A stretch of 64,000 nucleotides of DNA from Octopus vulgaris (taxonomy: Eukaryota). Position numbers and translations under genes: made by a program. This document shows, piece after piece, positions 51,116 to 64,000 of this stretch. The notes beneath the pieces are model-generated. The model was not told the origin of the DNA and did not search any database. It saw only the letters and a list, made by a program, of their open reading frames with translations. Where the stretch lies: the NCBI GenBank assembly GCA_951406725.2, contig OX597827.1:75702001-75766000 (forward strand). The letters are read 5' to 3'. Numbering within the stretch: position 1 is the stretch's first letter; each line of letters starts with the position of its first letter.

Positions 51116-52289
51116 ACATCTGTGGAATACACAACCACTTACACAATAATTCAATGGGCAGATAATTCTGTCCGTTCAATAAGTGACTGATGGACGCCCA
51201 TCATCCTATCTGTAATAACAAAGAGATTGCTCTTATCATACAAATTACATTTTCATTATTTTTCAGATCTTATAGATCAAACCTGAGTCTCTTAATTACA
51301 TTATTGCTGTGTTTGTGTCACTGTTTGTTGCCTTCACACTTGAATAGCTTTCACAGTTTATTATCAATTTTTATGATATTTTTGTCACTAAGAATCTCAA
51401 GGGACTGCTACAATAATTCAAGTTCAACCATTTTTATATTTCTGTTTGAGGTGGGACCGAGATTCAAAAGTGTAATTCGATCAGAGCTGAATTTTTTATC
51501 ATACGTCGGCAGCAATATTTCGCCATTATGGAGACTGCTTAGCTTCTGTAGATCATGGGTTCTTAATATGGCTTGAGAGTAAGGACAGTTTTTTATTAAT
51601 GACTAAGAAGATATTATGGAAGTCTTTGTAACTTATTGCGCTTTTGATGGGGCTTTTTTCAGTTGATGAATTACCATTGGCTATTTTTCTGTATTTTGTA
51701 TTGCTTAATCTATTCCGACTTTCAATCTGAAATTCTAAAGTACATTGTGAGTTTGTTGTTTTGTTGTGTATATTTACATTTGTGTAAAAAAGGCAACAGC
51801 TTTTCTTCCAACTCTGTAAAGATACAACTATGTTTAAGACTGATCTTTTGTTTGAAGATTTTTCATATTTCTTTATTGATCCTTGATTTTTGATTTGGAA
51901 CCGTCATATTCTGAAATCCATAAGTCCATTAATGTTTTCAAAACTCTCACAGTCATATCATCCGAATGAAGCAATGATAGTAATAATGTGTTAGTCAAGC
52001 ATTTTGCATTAAGCCACACAGGATTATGGGAATAGTGTGAGAACTAATAAACTCATCAATGCTGAATTACAATTATATGGTGGATAAGTTCAGGTACATT
52101 TTGAAATTTATTTTATATGTTGTGTCTGGGTATTTATTTTTCAATTATAATTTGATACTAGTAATATAACATTAATATAATTAATATGACACACAATACA
52201 CACACACACACACACACACACACAAATCATTATCATCATCATTATGTATATATGTATGTTTATCTGTTTATAAATGTGTGTGTGTGTTT

Positions 52290-54050
52290 GGGGCCTTTCT
52301 ATCATGGAATCTCCCTTTTATTCATTGTTGGCAAAATCTTTGCAAGGACACTTGTCAATCAGTTGTTGGACCATGTTGCATCAGACATTCTTCCTGAGTC
52401 ACAAAGTGGTTTTCGGCCAAATTGAGGTACAGCTGATATGATCTTTACAACCTAAGAGAAATGTAGAGAACAACTTGATCTGTACGAGTGTTTTATCAGT
52501 CTTACCAAGGCCTTTGGCACTGTAACTAGGCCAACTCTTAGGGATATCTAGAAAAATTCCCAAGGTTCATTTGACCTTTTCATGACAGCACAGAAGCATG
52601 GGTCTGTGTCAACAATGAACTACAAGAACCCATCTCAGTTGAATCTGGTGTTAAACAGGGTGATCTCCTGACTCCTATATTGTTTATCATCTTCTTTGCT
52701 ATTGTTATCTTGCAAACCTTTTGCACATAGCAATGCTTGTATCTACATCCATTGCTGTGCAACTGGGCAGCTCTCCAACATCTGTCCTTTTACTGTGACA
52801 ACAAAAAACTTTCATGGCTCTCATTTATGCTGATGACTGCAATCTCATAACTGGCAGAGGAAGACCTGCGGCATCAATCTATTGTAGCCAGTCTTGAGAA
52901 GAGTCTGTGGGCCATGGAGTTACTCTCTATGCCACAAGGTGCTGGACTGCTTTTCAGACACATTTATTTGTTTGGACTTACAAAGATTGTAGTCATGCTA
53001 CAGCCAGCACCAGGCACACCATTTATCTCACCACTGATATATGTCAAGGGTAAAATATTAAAAGCTGTGGATGTTTGTCTACCTTGGCAGCAGACCATCT
53101 AGATTTCATACACATGACAAGGACTTCTAGACTTTCTAAGGCCTGTGAAGCATTTGGAAACCTCAAACTGAGGCTCTGGTTACAAATACATATCAAAGCA
53201 GCAGAAGCAGCAAACGTTGATGTCTATCAAACATGTGTTTTAACATTACTGTTGTATTGATGTGAGAGCTGGACAACCTAGCACAGCCATATCCAATGTC
53301 TCAAGCAATTCCACCAATGATGCTTACGTAATATCCTGAAGATCTCATGGTAATCTCATGTACCTGATACGTGAATACTGTAGCTGGTGTAAATGATTAG
53401 CATCAAATCTATGGTTATGAAACACCCACGTAGATGGCGTAATCATCTTGTCTGTTTAGAGGACACCCACATGCCAAAGCAAGTGTTGTATGGTGAGCTG
53501 GAGCAAGGAAAATGTCCACAGTGCAAGCCATGTTAGTATTTCAAAGACAATCTTAGAGACACAAAAAATATAAATACCAATACTTAACACCTGGGGAGAT
53601 TTTACATCAGGTAAAGAGCTGTTGAGGAAGCTGATTGCTACAGGTATTAAAGAATTCAAGAATAACATAGTTGCTCGATTGAGTTGAAATGTGCTGGTAA
53701 ATACATGGATAACATAAACCCTCTTCGTGAGAAGGGCACAAAAGAGTCTCTTTCGTGTGACCAGTGTAGTCATGTCTGCTTCCCAAAGGCAGACCTGCTC
53801 AGCCACAAGTGTGCTCACAGTGGTTACTCCCCACCACCATCTACCAATGTGATATCCAGCATGGTCTCTCACACACCTTGTGCAGCAGAGTGTGTGGGTC
53901 AGTCAGTGGACTCACTCGGCATTGTAAGTCCCAATGTCCAGCTGGTTGGGGTGCTGCTGTCTTTGGGAAGGGTTAATCGTGATTCGTGTGGAATGACTTG
54001 TAAGTCACTTGCAGGCCTTAGGAGCCGTAAGTGACACCATCAGCGATGAA
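52290..54050 (+). pseudogene. Decayed RTE (BovB-like) LINE: RT plus C-terminal zinc-finger-like motif
   Basis: YHGISLLFIVGKIFAR...ILPESQSGFRPN, GVKQGDLLTPILF, YADD, VYQTCVLTLLLY and CDQCSHVC...LLSHKCAH. Confidence 0.85.
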
Positions 54051-54769
54051 GAGAGTAAACCTTAGATATTTCTTAGAATGGAGGGAGTGTAGAAAGTGGT
54101 CTTACTCAGTCACAAGTTGACTTTCACCATGTATATATATATATATATATATATATAAACATGTGGTCATTAAACTTTGGCTATGCTAGAGCTATGGCTT
54201 AAGGAATTTTAGTAAAATGAATTGATCCCTGTACTTTTTTAGGCAGGGTCAGCCCAAGGCTATAGTAGATAACACCTGCCCAAGATGTCACTCAGTGGGA
54301 CTGAACTCTGACCCATGCTATTGGGAAGTAAACTTCTTGACACACAACCATGCCTCCCTTTCACATAACACACACATATAATATATATACACACACACAT
54401 ATATACATACATAAATGTACACACACACATACATATATATATATAAACAAGGCTATGTACTGTGAGTGTATGTGTGTGTATATCCATGTCTGCTCGACCA
54501 ACCTTTTCTCTCATACCTCATCACCATCTAATATAAGGATGCTCCTACCACAGCTTCTCAAGTTTATGTAGACCCCTGAGCTGCGCTGCAACCTCATTAT
54601 GTGTGCCAGCAGCAGGAAAAAAAGTACCCAGTACTCACTGTAAAGTTCAGAAGGGCTTCAAGCTGTTAGAAGCCATGCCAGAGCAGACCCTGGGGCATGA
54701 TGCAGTTCTTGGATCCATGAGATCCATGTCAAACCATCCAACCCATGCCCACATGGAACATGGATGTTA

Positions 54770-55180
<411 letters not shown>

Positions 55181-55264
55181 TATCGTTGTCATTGTAAATG
55201 TGTGTGTATGCATGTAGATAGATGGCTAGATAGATAAATAGATAGATATTCATATGCATTTATT

Positions 55265-55426
<162 letters not shown>

Positions 55427-55486
55427 GTACAAATGTGTGTGTGTGTAAATAGATGACTAGATAAATAAATAGATATTCATATGCAT

Positions 55487-55520
<34 letters not shown>

Positions 55521-56206
55521 AATGTAGTATATATATTATAATATATATACATATATATATGTACAAATGTGTGTGTGTGTGTGTGTACATACACACACAT
55601 ATATGTCTGTGTATACACACAAAAAAGCAAATATAAACACCCCCACACACACCCACTTACAAACACACACATACGCAGGCACACACATTTTGAGATGAAA
55701 ACGCTATTCCTTTAATTTTCCCTTTGTAAACTCTCAGCTATTTTCTTTGTCATTCCACCTTAGCAGAAAACATTGCTCTGGTGGGTGTTGGGTGAAAGGG
55801 TCATAGCAATTCTTGTCTCTCTCTCTGTGGCACACAGCGTTGGGAGGAGACAGGCATGCAATCAAGCACCATGCTAATCACAGTGCTATGCAGTAGTGCT
55901 TGCCGTGTGTATGGCTGTGTGTACTTTTAGTTATGTATTTGTGTGTGTGAGTGTACAGTGTATGTAGAGCAAGTGTATCCTGTGCGTAGCAATCTCTTTC
56001 TCCTCTCTGTCTGCTTATGCCTGTGCCTGTGCAATTTTATTTGAGTTCTAGCTATTGTGTGTGCATAACTGGGTGCGGTTGGGTGTTGGTTGTGTGTGTG
56101 TATGTATTTGTAAGCATGTGTCTGTGTGTGCTTACATATACATATACACACACACACACACATATATATATGTGTGTGTGTGTATATATATATATATATT
56201 TGTATG

Positions 56207-56261
<55 letters not shown>

Positions 56262-56272
<11 letters not shown>

Positions 56273-56533
56273 TAAATTGGAGATAAAACCACTATTAGGC
56301 AAATCAAACAGTGAAAATCATAAGCCAATACATAGAAAAAAATTAATTAAAAAAAATATAAAATATAAATATAAAATTCCAAATTAAAATATTACAATTA
56401 ACCTGAAGATTGACTGTAACCGTAATTTGAATTATTAATTGAATTTAAATTATTGTTATTCGAATTGGTTACAGGCATGAAACTATTTATCTTATATTAA
56501 ACTTTTAATACTTTTTGATAGTTATATAATTTA

Positions 56534-56572
<39 letters not shown>

Positions 56573-56770
56573 AAATTTATAAGTTTAAATTATTTAAATA
56601 ATTTTTTAAATTTTAATTTTAATTTAAATATTTTAATTTGGAATTCTATATTTTATATTTTTTATATTTATATTTTATATTTTTTTAATTAATTTTTTCT
56701 ATGTATTGGTTTATGATTTTCACTGTTTGATTTGCCTAATAGTGGTTTTATCTCTAATTTAATATAATAT
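56262..56770. repeat. Large AT-rich fold-back (~130-bp arms) with a partial hammerhead in the spacer
   Basis: gataaaaccactattaggcaaatcaaacagtgaaaatcataa is inverted at ~56710-56755. CTGAAGA..ctgtaacc/ggttacag..GAAA at 56403-56482. Confidence 0.75.
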
Positions 56771-56845
56771 ATATTTATACTATAAAATTGGATTTAATCC
56801 TAAATCTAATTTTTCCCTGTAAGTTTGGATTTACTCCCTAATTAT

Positions 56846-56888
<43 letters not shown>

Positions 56889-56986
56889 GTTTTTATATAT
56901 ATATATCTGTATGGATGCACACAAATATATATTTGTGTGTACATGTGCATATGTATGTATATATGTATAGTATATATATGTATATA

Positions 56987-57038
<52 letters not shown>

Positions 57039-57274
57039 GATACAGATACATACACATACACACACATACATAGAATGTAAAATGGTTGTTAGGAAAGGCA
57101 TCCAGCCATAGAAGCAAGACCGAATCTCATGTACGATACCTTAACTGTAACAACCCCACTAACCTATACTAGCTTGGAAAGCAGGTGCAAAATAAAGGAA
57201 CAACAATGAATGTGATGGTGATGATGATGACATATATATATATATGTGTGTGTGTGTGAGGTGGGTGTATATAA

Positions 57275-57343
<69 letters not shown>

Positions 57344-57346
57344 CAT

Positions 57347-57388
<42 letters not shown>

Positions 57389-57552
57389 TATACATATATA
57401 TCCATATATATGTATATATATATATATATATTTGTGTGTGTTATATATATATATGTATATATATATATATAGATATAGATATATATGCATACATATATAT
57501 ATATACATAATATATATATTTACATATATATATACACACACACACATGTATG

Positions 57553-57614
<62 letters not shown>

Positions 57615-58655
57615 TGTCCTTGCCTTCGAAACATGGAGTAGATGAAGACAGGGACAACTGAAGAAGGGGAATATTCTTTATGTTGCATGTCTTGTTTCTC
57701 CATTTGTTTTTTTCATTGTTTCCCCCCAAAAGTTCGTTTCTATGTTTTTGTTTTTATGTTTTCGTTTCTCATTGTGTTCTTCATTTTTTTTATGTCCTGT
57801 ACCCATATATGCATTATATTTACATATGTATGTATGTATATACATATATATATGTATATGTGCATTTATTTATATATGTAGGTTAGTTGAGTTAGAGGTT
57901 AAAATAAGAGTCTGAGGGTTAGAAGTATCCATTACCCTACCAGTATATTACCTATATTTAACCATGCACATACATATCTTCATACGCTTTAGTACTACAA
58001 GCACAACTATTATAAATTTCTATGTTTAATTTAAAACATTTCTGTATCTAACCCCACTTCTCTGACTAATACCTAATGGTGTATCCCACTATTATTTTTG
58101 TGTTTTATTATTTTTCCATCCTGTCGCCTCCCCTGTACAAAGGATTAATCTACCAATTACTGTTTTGTTTTAGTCTTTTACTTAATGACCCAAAGAGACA
58201 CACAAGCAACATGGTATGATTACAACCATATATTCAACTTTATCCTTTTCTTCTTTACGCTCTTCTTCTCTATTTATTGTTCACTCTGATGAAGCTCCAT
58301 GTTTCAGATCAGTTTTATTACCAAATATGATTAATATTTTTACGTATTTTGAATATCAATGGCGGTGCCCCAGCATGGCCACAGCTCATAAGCTGAAACT
58401 AGAATCAATCAATCAATCAATACTATATATCATTGGAAGCAGAAACAGCTGTTAGATGGGATGTAGTCTATTTGCATTGAATTAATAAATAATAATTGAT
58501 GCAAGTCAATTGTTGTTAGTCAGTACGTCTCCATTTTCTGATTTATATATATATATATATATTATATAGAGGGTACTATTATTCATAGGTACCGTACGCT
58601 AGGAGGGACTTTTGCAGTCAAAACTACTAAAATAATATTTTATATTTATATTTAA

Positions 58656-58682
<27 letters not shown>

Positions 58683-58686
<4 letters not shown>

Positions 58687-58853
58687 ATCAAAATAAGCAA
58701 CAAGGATATCCAGAGGTAATGCAGTACGATCGTTTCATGCAACTCCATTTAATTGAACAATGCAAATATTACATCAATTTTACATCAATGGAGTTTCATG
58801 AAACAGTCGTACTGCATTACCTCTGGATATCCTTGTTGCTTATTTTGATTATA
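58683..58853. repeat. Fold-back inverted repeat (~66-bp arms)
   Basis: ataatcaaaataagcaacaaggatatccagaggtaatgcagtacga and its exact reverse complement. Confidence 0.85.
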
Positions 58854-59711
58854 ATCACCCCATTTTGAATTATATGGATAATACCATACTAAATTCTGGT
58901 GCCTTTAACTTAAGTACCATATTCAACCGAATCTAAATTTTTGCTGAACCTATATATAAGCACATGTATAGATTTCAGGTAAATATCAAGTTAATTGAAA
59001 CAATTCAGGTTCAAGTTGACTTCCTGCCTAAACTCTTATTTGAATTGCAACTTAACATGTAGGGATGTTATAGCCTGCCCAAATGAGAACTGCTATAGGC
59101 ATTGTTTCAATCAAGCTGGAACATGTATAATAGAATGAAAGTATAGACAGACAAACAACTTGTATCTGGTCAGACTGTAGCATTTATATATTTCATTATT
59201 TATACAACTTGAAGGTAGACAAGAATGTCTCAGGCATTTAAAGCACAAGAGATCCAGAACTGGATTTAGCTATGATGACCTATCTTAACCCACAAATATC
59301 GATTTCAAATTTTGGCACAAGGCCAGCAATTTGGGGGTGGGTGGGGGGTCAAGCCGATTATATCAACCTGAGTGCTCAACTGGTATTTATTTTATTGACC
59401 CCACCAAAAAAATGAAAGGTAAATTCAACCTCAATGGAATTTGAATTCAGAATGTGAAGACAGATAAAATGCCCTGGTGTACACTTTCACCACAACTTTC
59501 TCTCACTCTTACTTCCTGTTTCTGTTGTACCTGTATTTCAAGGGGCCGGCCTTGTCACTCTCTGTGTCACGCTGAATATCCCCGAGAACTACGTTAAGGC
59601 TACACGTGTCTGTGGAGTGCTCAGCCACTTACACGTTAATTTCACGAGCAGGCTGTTCCATTGATTGGATCAACCGGAACCCTCGTCGTTGTAACCGACG
59701 GAGTGCTTCCA

Positions 59712-60960
59712 TGACTTAACATTAGGGGGACAAGAAAAGGTAATCTTTAGCATGTGTCTGTTAAAGATTGTATTGCATCTGTGAGTTCTAGAGAAGTGGA
59801 TATCTACTAAGTGCAAGAATCTTCTACCTACATTTGTCCTAACATTAAGGGAGAAGGGGTGGGGTTGGGACAAACCATAAAACTTTCCGAGACCTATTCT
59901 TACGACTAGATGAGAGAAGGGGGTGGGGTTGTAGAAGCTGCTATCTTGTAGGGCTTTATTATAATATGGGGCAGCCTTTTCAAATATTTCTTTAGAAGAA
60001 GAAAGGTATGTGATCCTATGGCTAATATTTGGAATAAATTTTTTAAATACAATAAGTGGATGACAGGAGTGTTTATTAATATATTGAAGGTTCTCTTTAA
60101 AAGCATAAATATAGGAAACAGTTTAACAGGCACAATGTCAAAATAAGTTGTAGTTGCCTTGCTAATATGGAGAGCCTAATATCACATGTACCTTCAGTAA
60201 AACTGAAGGTGTGTCCTCTTTCAGAAACATTAATGCATGCCCACTTAATAAGACTTACAATACAGAAAGCATAATTTAGGGAATGTTTGTATACCAGGAG
60301 TGGCTGTGTGGTAAGTAGCTTGCTTACCAACCATATGGTTCCGGGTTCAGTCCCACTATGTGGCACTTTGGACAAGTGTCTTCTACTTGTAAGTGGATTT
60401 CGTAGACGGAAACTGAAAGAAACCTGTCGTATATATATATATATATATATATACATGTGTGTGTGTGTGTATGTATATGTTTGTGTGTCTGTGTTTGTCC
60501 CCCCAACATCGCTTGACAACCGATGCTGGTGTGTTTACGTCCCCGTAGCTTAACGGTTCGGCAAAGTAGACCGATAGAATAAGTGCTAGGCTTACAAAGA
60601 ATAAGTCCTGGGGTCGATTTGCTCGAATAAAGGCGGTGCTCCAGCATGGTCGCAGTCAAATGACTGAAACAAATAAAAGAATAAAAGAATGCCACATCAA
60701 ACTATGGTCTCTGCAAAACCATTTCTTGATACAGTATGAACAAAAGCAGGACTTTTGAGAAGTCTAAGCAAAAATTTTGCAACCAAACATTTGCCAATGT
60801 GTGCAAAGCTCGGTTCATTTGGAGGCAATTTCTGCAATAAAGGTCTCTCCATGTCTGCATAATATTATATATAATGTTATATATAATGTGAAATATAATT
60901 GTAGACCAACATATTTTCAATCAGTGTTGCTTCATGCACTTCTAGTTAATTAATTCTAGC
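59712..60960 (-). pseudogene. Decayed Penelope-like element of a second lineage, interrupted by SINE A (60295-60690, +)
   Basis: IPNISHRITYLSSSKEIFEKAAPYYNKALQDSSF and PFSLNVRTNVGRRFLHLVDIHF...IFNRHMLKITFSCPPNV, resembling the PLE thumb/linker region. Confidence 0.65.
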
Positions 60961-61508
60961 TTAACCAAGCTTTGCATACACTTGGTGGTGAGGAGTGTGC
61001 TTGTCTGATGATATTCTATGGGGTTGGAGAGGTCAGTGGTGGTGCTGGGGTGGTCAATCCTTTGTAGCATTGGCAGTGCTGGGGTGGTTGCGATTAAGAT
61101 TAGGGTTAGGGTTGTCATTGCTGCAGTTGTTGTTATTGCCACTGTTGTTCATTGTCGTGGTAATGATACTTCCACTGCTGCAGTTGGTGCAGTCGCTGTT
61201 TTCATGTTACAGATGCTGACTGTGAGGGTGATGTTATGCAATCTTCTCTTTCATCAAAAGACAGTAGGTCCTCAAATGCTTTTTGCAGTTACTGTTGTAG
61301 CATTTAGAGCTTCTACTCTCCATCATAAAAACAAACTGGGATTTCACTCTTGAAGTAAATGAAGTCCGGGACCCTTTGTCAAGTGTTCTGGTGTTGTTTG
61401 TAGCAACATCTCAAATTATCTTTGACTAATTCAACTTGAAGGTGGATTTCATATTGGCCTCTGCAGTCACCAGCTGCTCCGGATCCAACACCAGTTGTAC
61501 CTCTAGCA

Positions 61509-61727
61509 CAGTGCTTTTCAAACTTTTTGCTGGAGCGGAACCCCAAGGAAACATTCCACTGGCTCGAGGAACCCCTGTGCAATAATTTAATAGTCTTATA
61601 CACACATATCTGCTCAGGAGACTTAAAAATTACTGCCAATTTTAGCAGTTTTGTAACTTCTTACGGGACCCCTGCATTGTACTGGCGGAACCCTAAGGTT
61701 CCGCGGAACCCTGGTTGAAAACCACTG
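61509..61727. mobile_element. hAT (Charlie-like) MITE
   Basis: TIRs cagtgcttttcaa and ttgaaaaccactg; exact 8-bp TSD ctctagca. Confidence 0.9.
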
Positions 61728-62463
61728 CTCTAGCAACATGACCCCTGGATTTACAATCCCTATGTATATTGGTTTCAAATTTTGGTACAACACTAGCAAG
61801 TTTGGAGGAAGGGGCTTAGTCAATTACATCAACTTCAGTGCATAACTGGTACTTATTTTATGAACCCTGAAAGGATGACAGGCAAATTCGACCTTGGTGG
61901 AATTTGAACTTAGAATGTAAAGACAGATGAAATACTGCTAAGTGTTATGCTTGCTGTGCTAACGATTTCGCTGGCTTACCATCTTACTCCTCATGTAGAC
62001 TAGGAAGAGAGTAAACCTGTGTAATATACTTGTCATTGTAAACATCTGCATTGACTTTCTCTTTACTATCCTTGAGGAGTTTCATTATGTTATAGTGTTT
62101 TCCCTTTCCCATGTGCCATATGGCGTCCCATGTGCCATATGGTGTCCCATGCCTCTTGCGAGAACTTTTCAGTCTGTGCCAACATGGAGTACAATATTGT
62201 TCAGAATTTCTGAAAGATGCACTTCTAAGCAGTCTTTCTCCTCTTTTTCTTCATCAGCTCCTCTTCTGGAAGACATATTCCTTTTCTACCACTCCCACAA
62301 TGTAGGCATTGAATCCCAAGGTAGTCCTTCCCAGGGCCCTCTTATTGGCCTCAAAAAGTCCCTTTTTGAAGGGACATTTGTAACTATTATTACTATTCAT
62401 GTTGTTGGTGCTACTAATAGAGATGTTGGTGTTGCTGTTGATGTTTTCATCTGTTGAAGTTAC

Positions 62464-62690
62464 TTAACCCTTTAGTATTTAAACCGGCCATATCTGGCCA
62501 AAATAGCTAATCTGTTTTATGTTCAAACTGACCAGATCCAGGCCCTCACACCTACCCTACAATGTTATTCTACATTAAGTAATTACACCATCAAGATCTT
62601 GAAGACATGAGATAATGCATGATTAATTCAAATCAATGGGAATCAATAAGCATTATGTTTGATAGAATAATCTGAACACTAAAGGGTTAA
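62464..62690. mobile_element. piggyBac-type MITE, family E
   Basis: ttaaccctttag...ctaaagggttaa; similar to 8261-8489. Confidence 0.85.
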
Positions 62691-63128
62691 ATACAGCTAC
62701 TAATATTTTTTGCTGTCAGCATTGCCATCACCATTTTCAATATAAGTTGATGAAGGCGTTTCTGGTGAATGTGGTGGCTGTGGAGTTTGTAGTAATAATG
62801 TCACTACCACTTTCCATAGTCTGTTGGGATGAAAAGGGGAGAAAAACACTTTTTTCTCTCTGTTGTTTCAGTGAAAGGGAAGTGCAATGCTGGCTTTCTT
62901 CCTTCACCCTTCTGTTATTTTTTTGCTTTTGCATAATTCTCTTCATCAGCAAAAACAAACGACACCCTGTTAAAATGAATGTTTTTTTAAATAGTTATTT
63001 TTGAAACTTGAAAAACAGAAATATATTCTTACAAGGAGTTGGCCAAGATTTAGCCAACTAGCATGTCACTCCACAGCCATTTCTATTACAAGACACAACG
63101 CATTTATGCGAAAATACAAGCTTTAAAT

Positions 63129-63414
63129 CAGGGGTTCCCAACTGTGGTCCACAGAAGCATGAGTGAAAAATTGTAATCTGTGGGTCCATATATAAATTTT
63201 GTTCACTAAGAGAGGTGCCTATATTGATTGAAATTTTCAAGATTTGTATTTGGAATTTATGTTATGAAAATAACGAAATTGTTTCGTTGTTAGTTTTTAC
63301 TAACCCACAAACAAATATTTTATTTCAAAAATTTACATGTGCATATATGGGGATCCACAGATGATGAGATAGCTCTTAGGGGGACCACAAGCAAAATAAG
63401 TTAGGGAAACCCTG
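63129..63414. mobile_element. hAT-type MITE
   Basis: TIRs caggggttccc and gggaaaccctg; exact 8-bp TSD ctttaaat. Confidence 0.85.
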
Positions 63415-63729
63415 CTTTAAATGAACATAGTTGAGAATAAATATATCAAATATATCAAAGTCACTGAGCAAGAAAAATTTGAGACTCCCTCTTCAGAAAA
63501 CGATAATTGCAGTAATAATTATAACTCTTTCTATTATAAGCACAAATCCTGAAATTGGGGCGGGGGGGGGGGGCTAGTCAATTTCATTGACTCCAGTAGC
63601 TGACTTTTACTTATTCTACTGACCTCAAAGGATGAAAAGCTAAGCCAGGCTCAATGGCTTTTGAACTCAGAACATAAAGCTAGAAGTATTTTTTTTTGTC
63701 TGATGTGCTTAACAACTCTGCCAGCTCAC

Positions 63730-63769
<40 letters not shown>

Positions 63770-64000
63770 TATGATCATGATTTCAAATTTTGGCACAAGG
63801 CCAGCAGTTTTTTGTGGGATGGGTTAAGTTGCTCAAGTGGTACTTATGGTGTTGACCCTGAAAGGATGAAAGACAAAGTCGACCTTTGCAGGATTTGAAT
63901 TCAGAACGTAAAGACAGACGAAACGCCGCTAAGCATTTTGCTCGGTGTCTCAACGATTCTGTCAGCTCGCCGCTTTAATAATAATACTTTACATATAATA

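Noticed and set aside
51190-52050. Possible N-terminal part of another PLE ORF on the minus strand
   Set aside because: Only compositional resemblance; no diagnostic motif could be read.
57620-57670. Permuted (type II-like) hammerhead: ccttcGAAAcatg...CTGAAGAagggg
   Set aside because: Lacks the required U at the cleavage triplet and a convincing stem I.

Overview
Eukaryotic, AT-rich, repeat-dense genomic DNA, most likely from an octopus or other coleoid cephalopod (inferred from the repeat families, the microsatellite load and the gene type). One intact protein-coding ORF is supported: a 568-aa C2H2 zinc-finger protein (15759-17465, +) with 11 fingers, preceded by a splice acceptor and a CCAAT-box cluster. 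The rest is tRNA-derived SINEs (at least 4 families), a (GAT)n-tailed RTE-linked short element, decayed RTE LINEs and Penelope-like elements (PLEs), piggyBac-type and hAT MITEs, two non-autonomous Helitrons, minisatellites and long TA/CA/GAT tracts. Almost all other ORFs in the track are microsatellite or repeat artefacts. Main findings: (1) a tRNA-headed short element carrying an intact minimal hammerhead ribozyme (HHR) and a 5' fold-back, a candidate Penelope-mobilised SINE; (2) several further HHR motifs from different families, often inside large fold-back repeats; (3) an alternating R/Q recognition code in the zinc-finger array that suggests binding to a hexameric repeat. All motif and family calls were made by eye, and the family labels A-G are my own.
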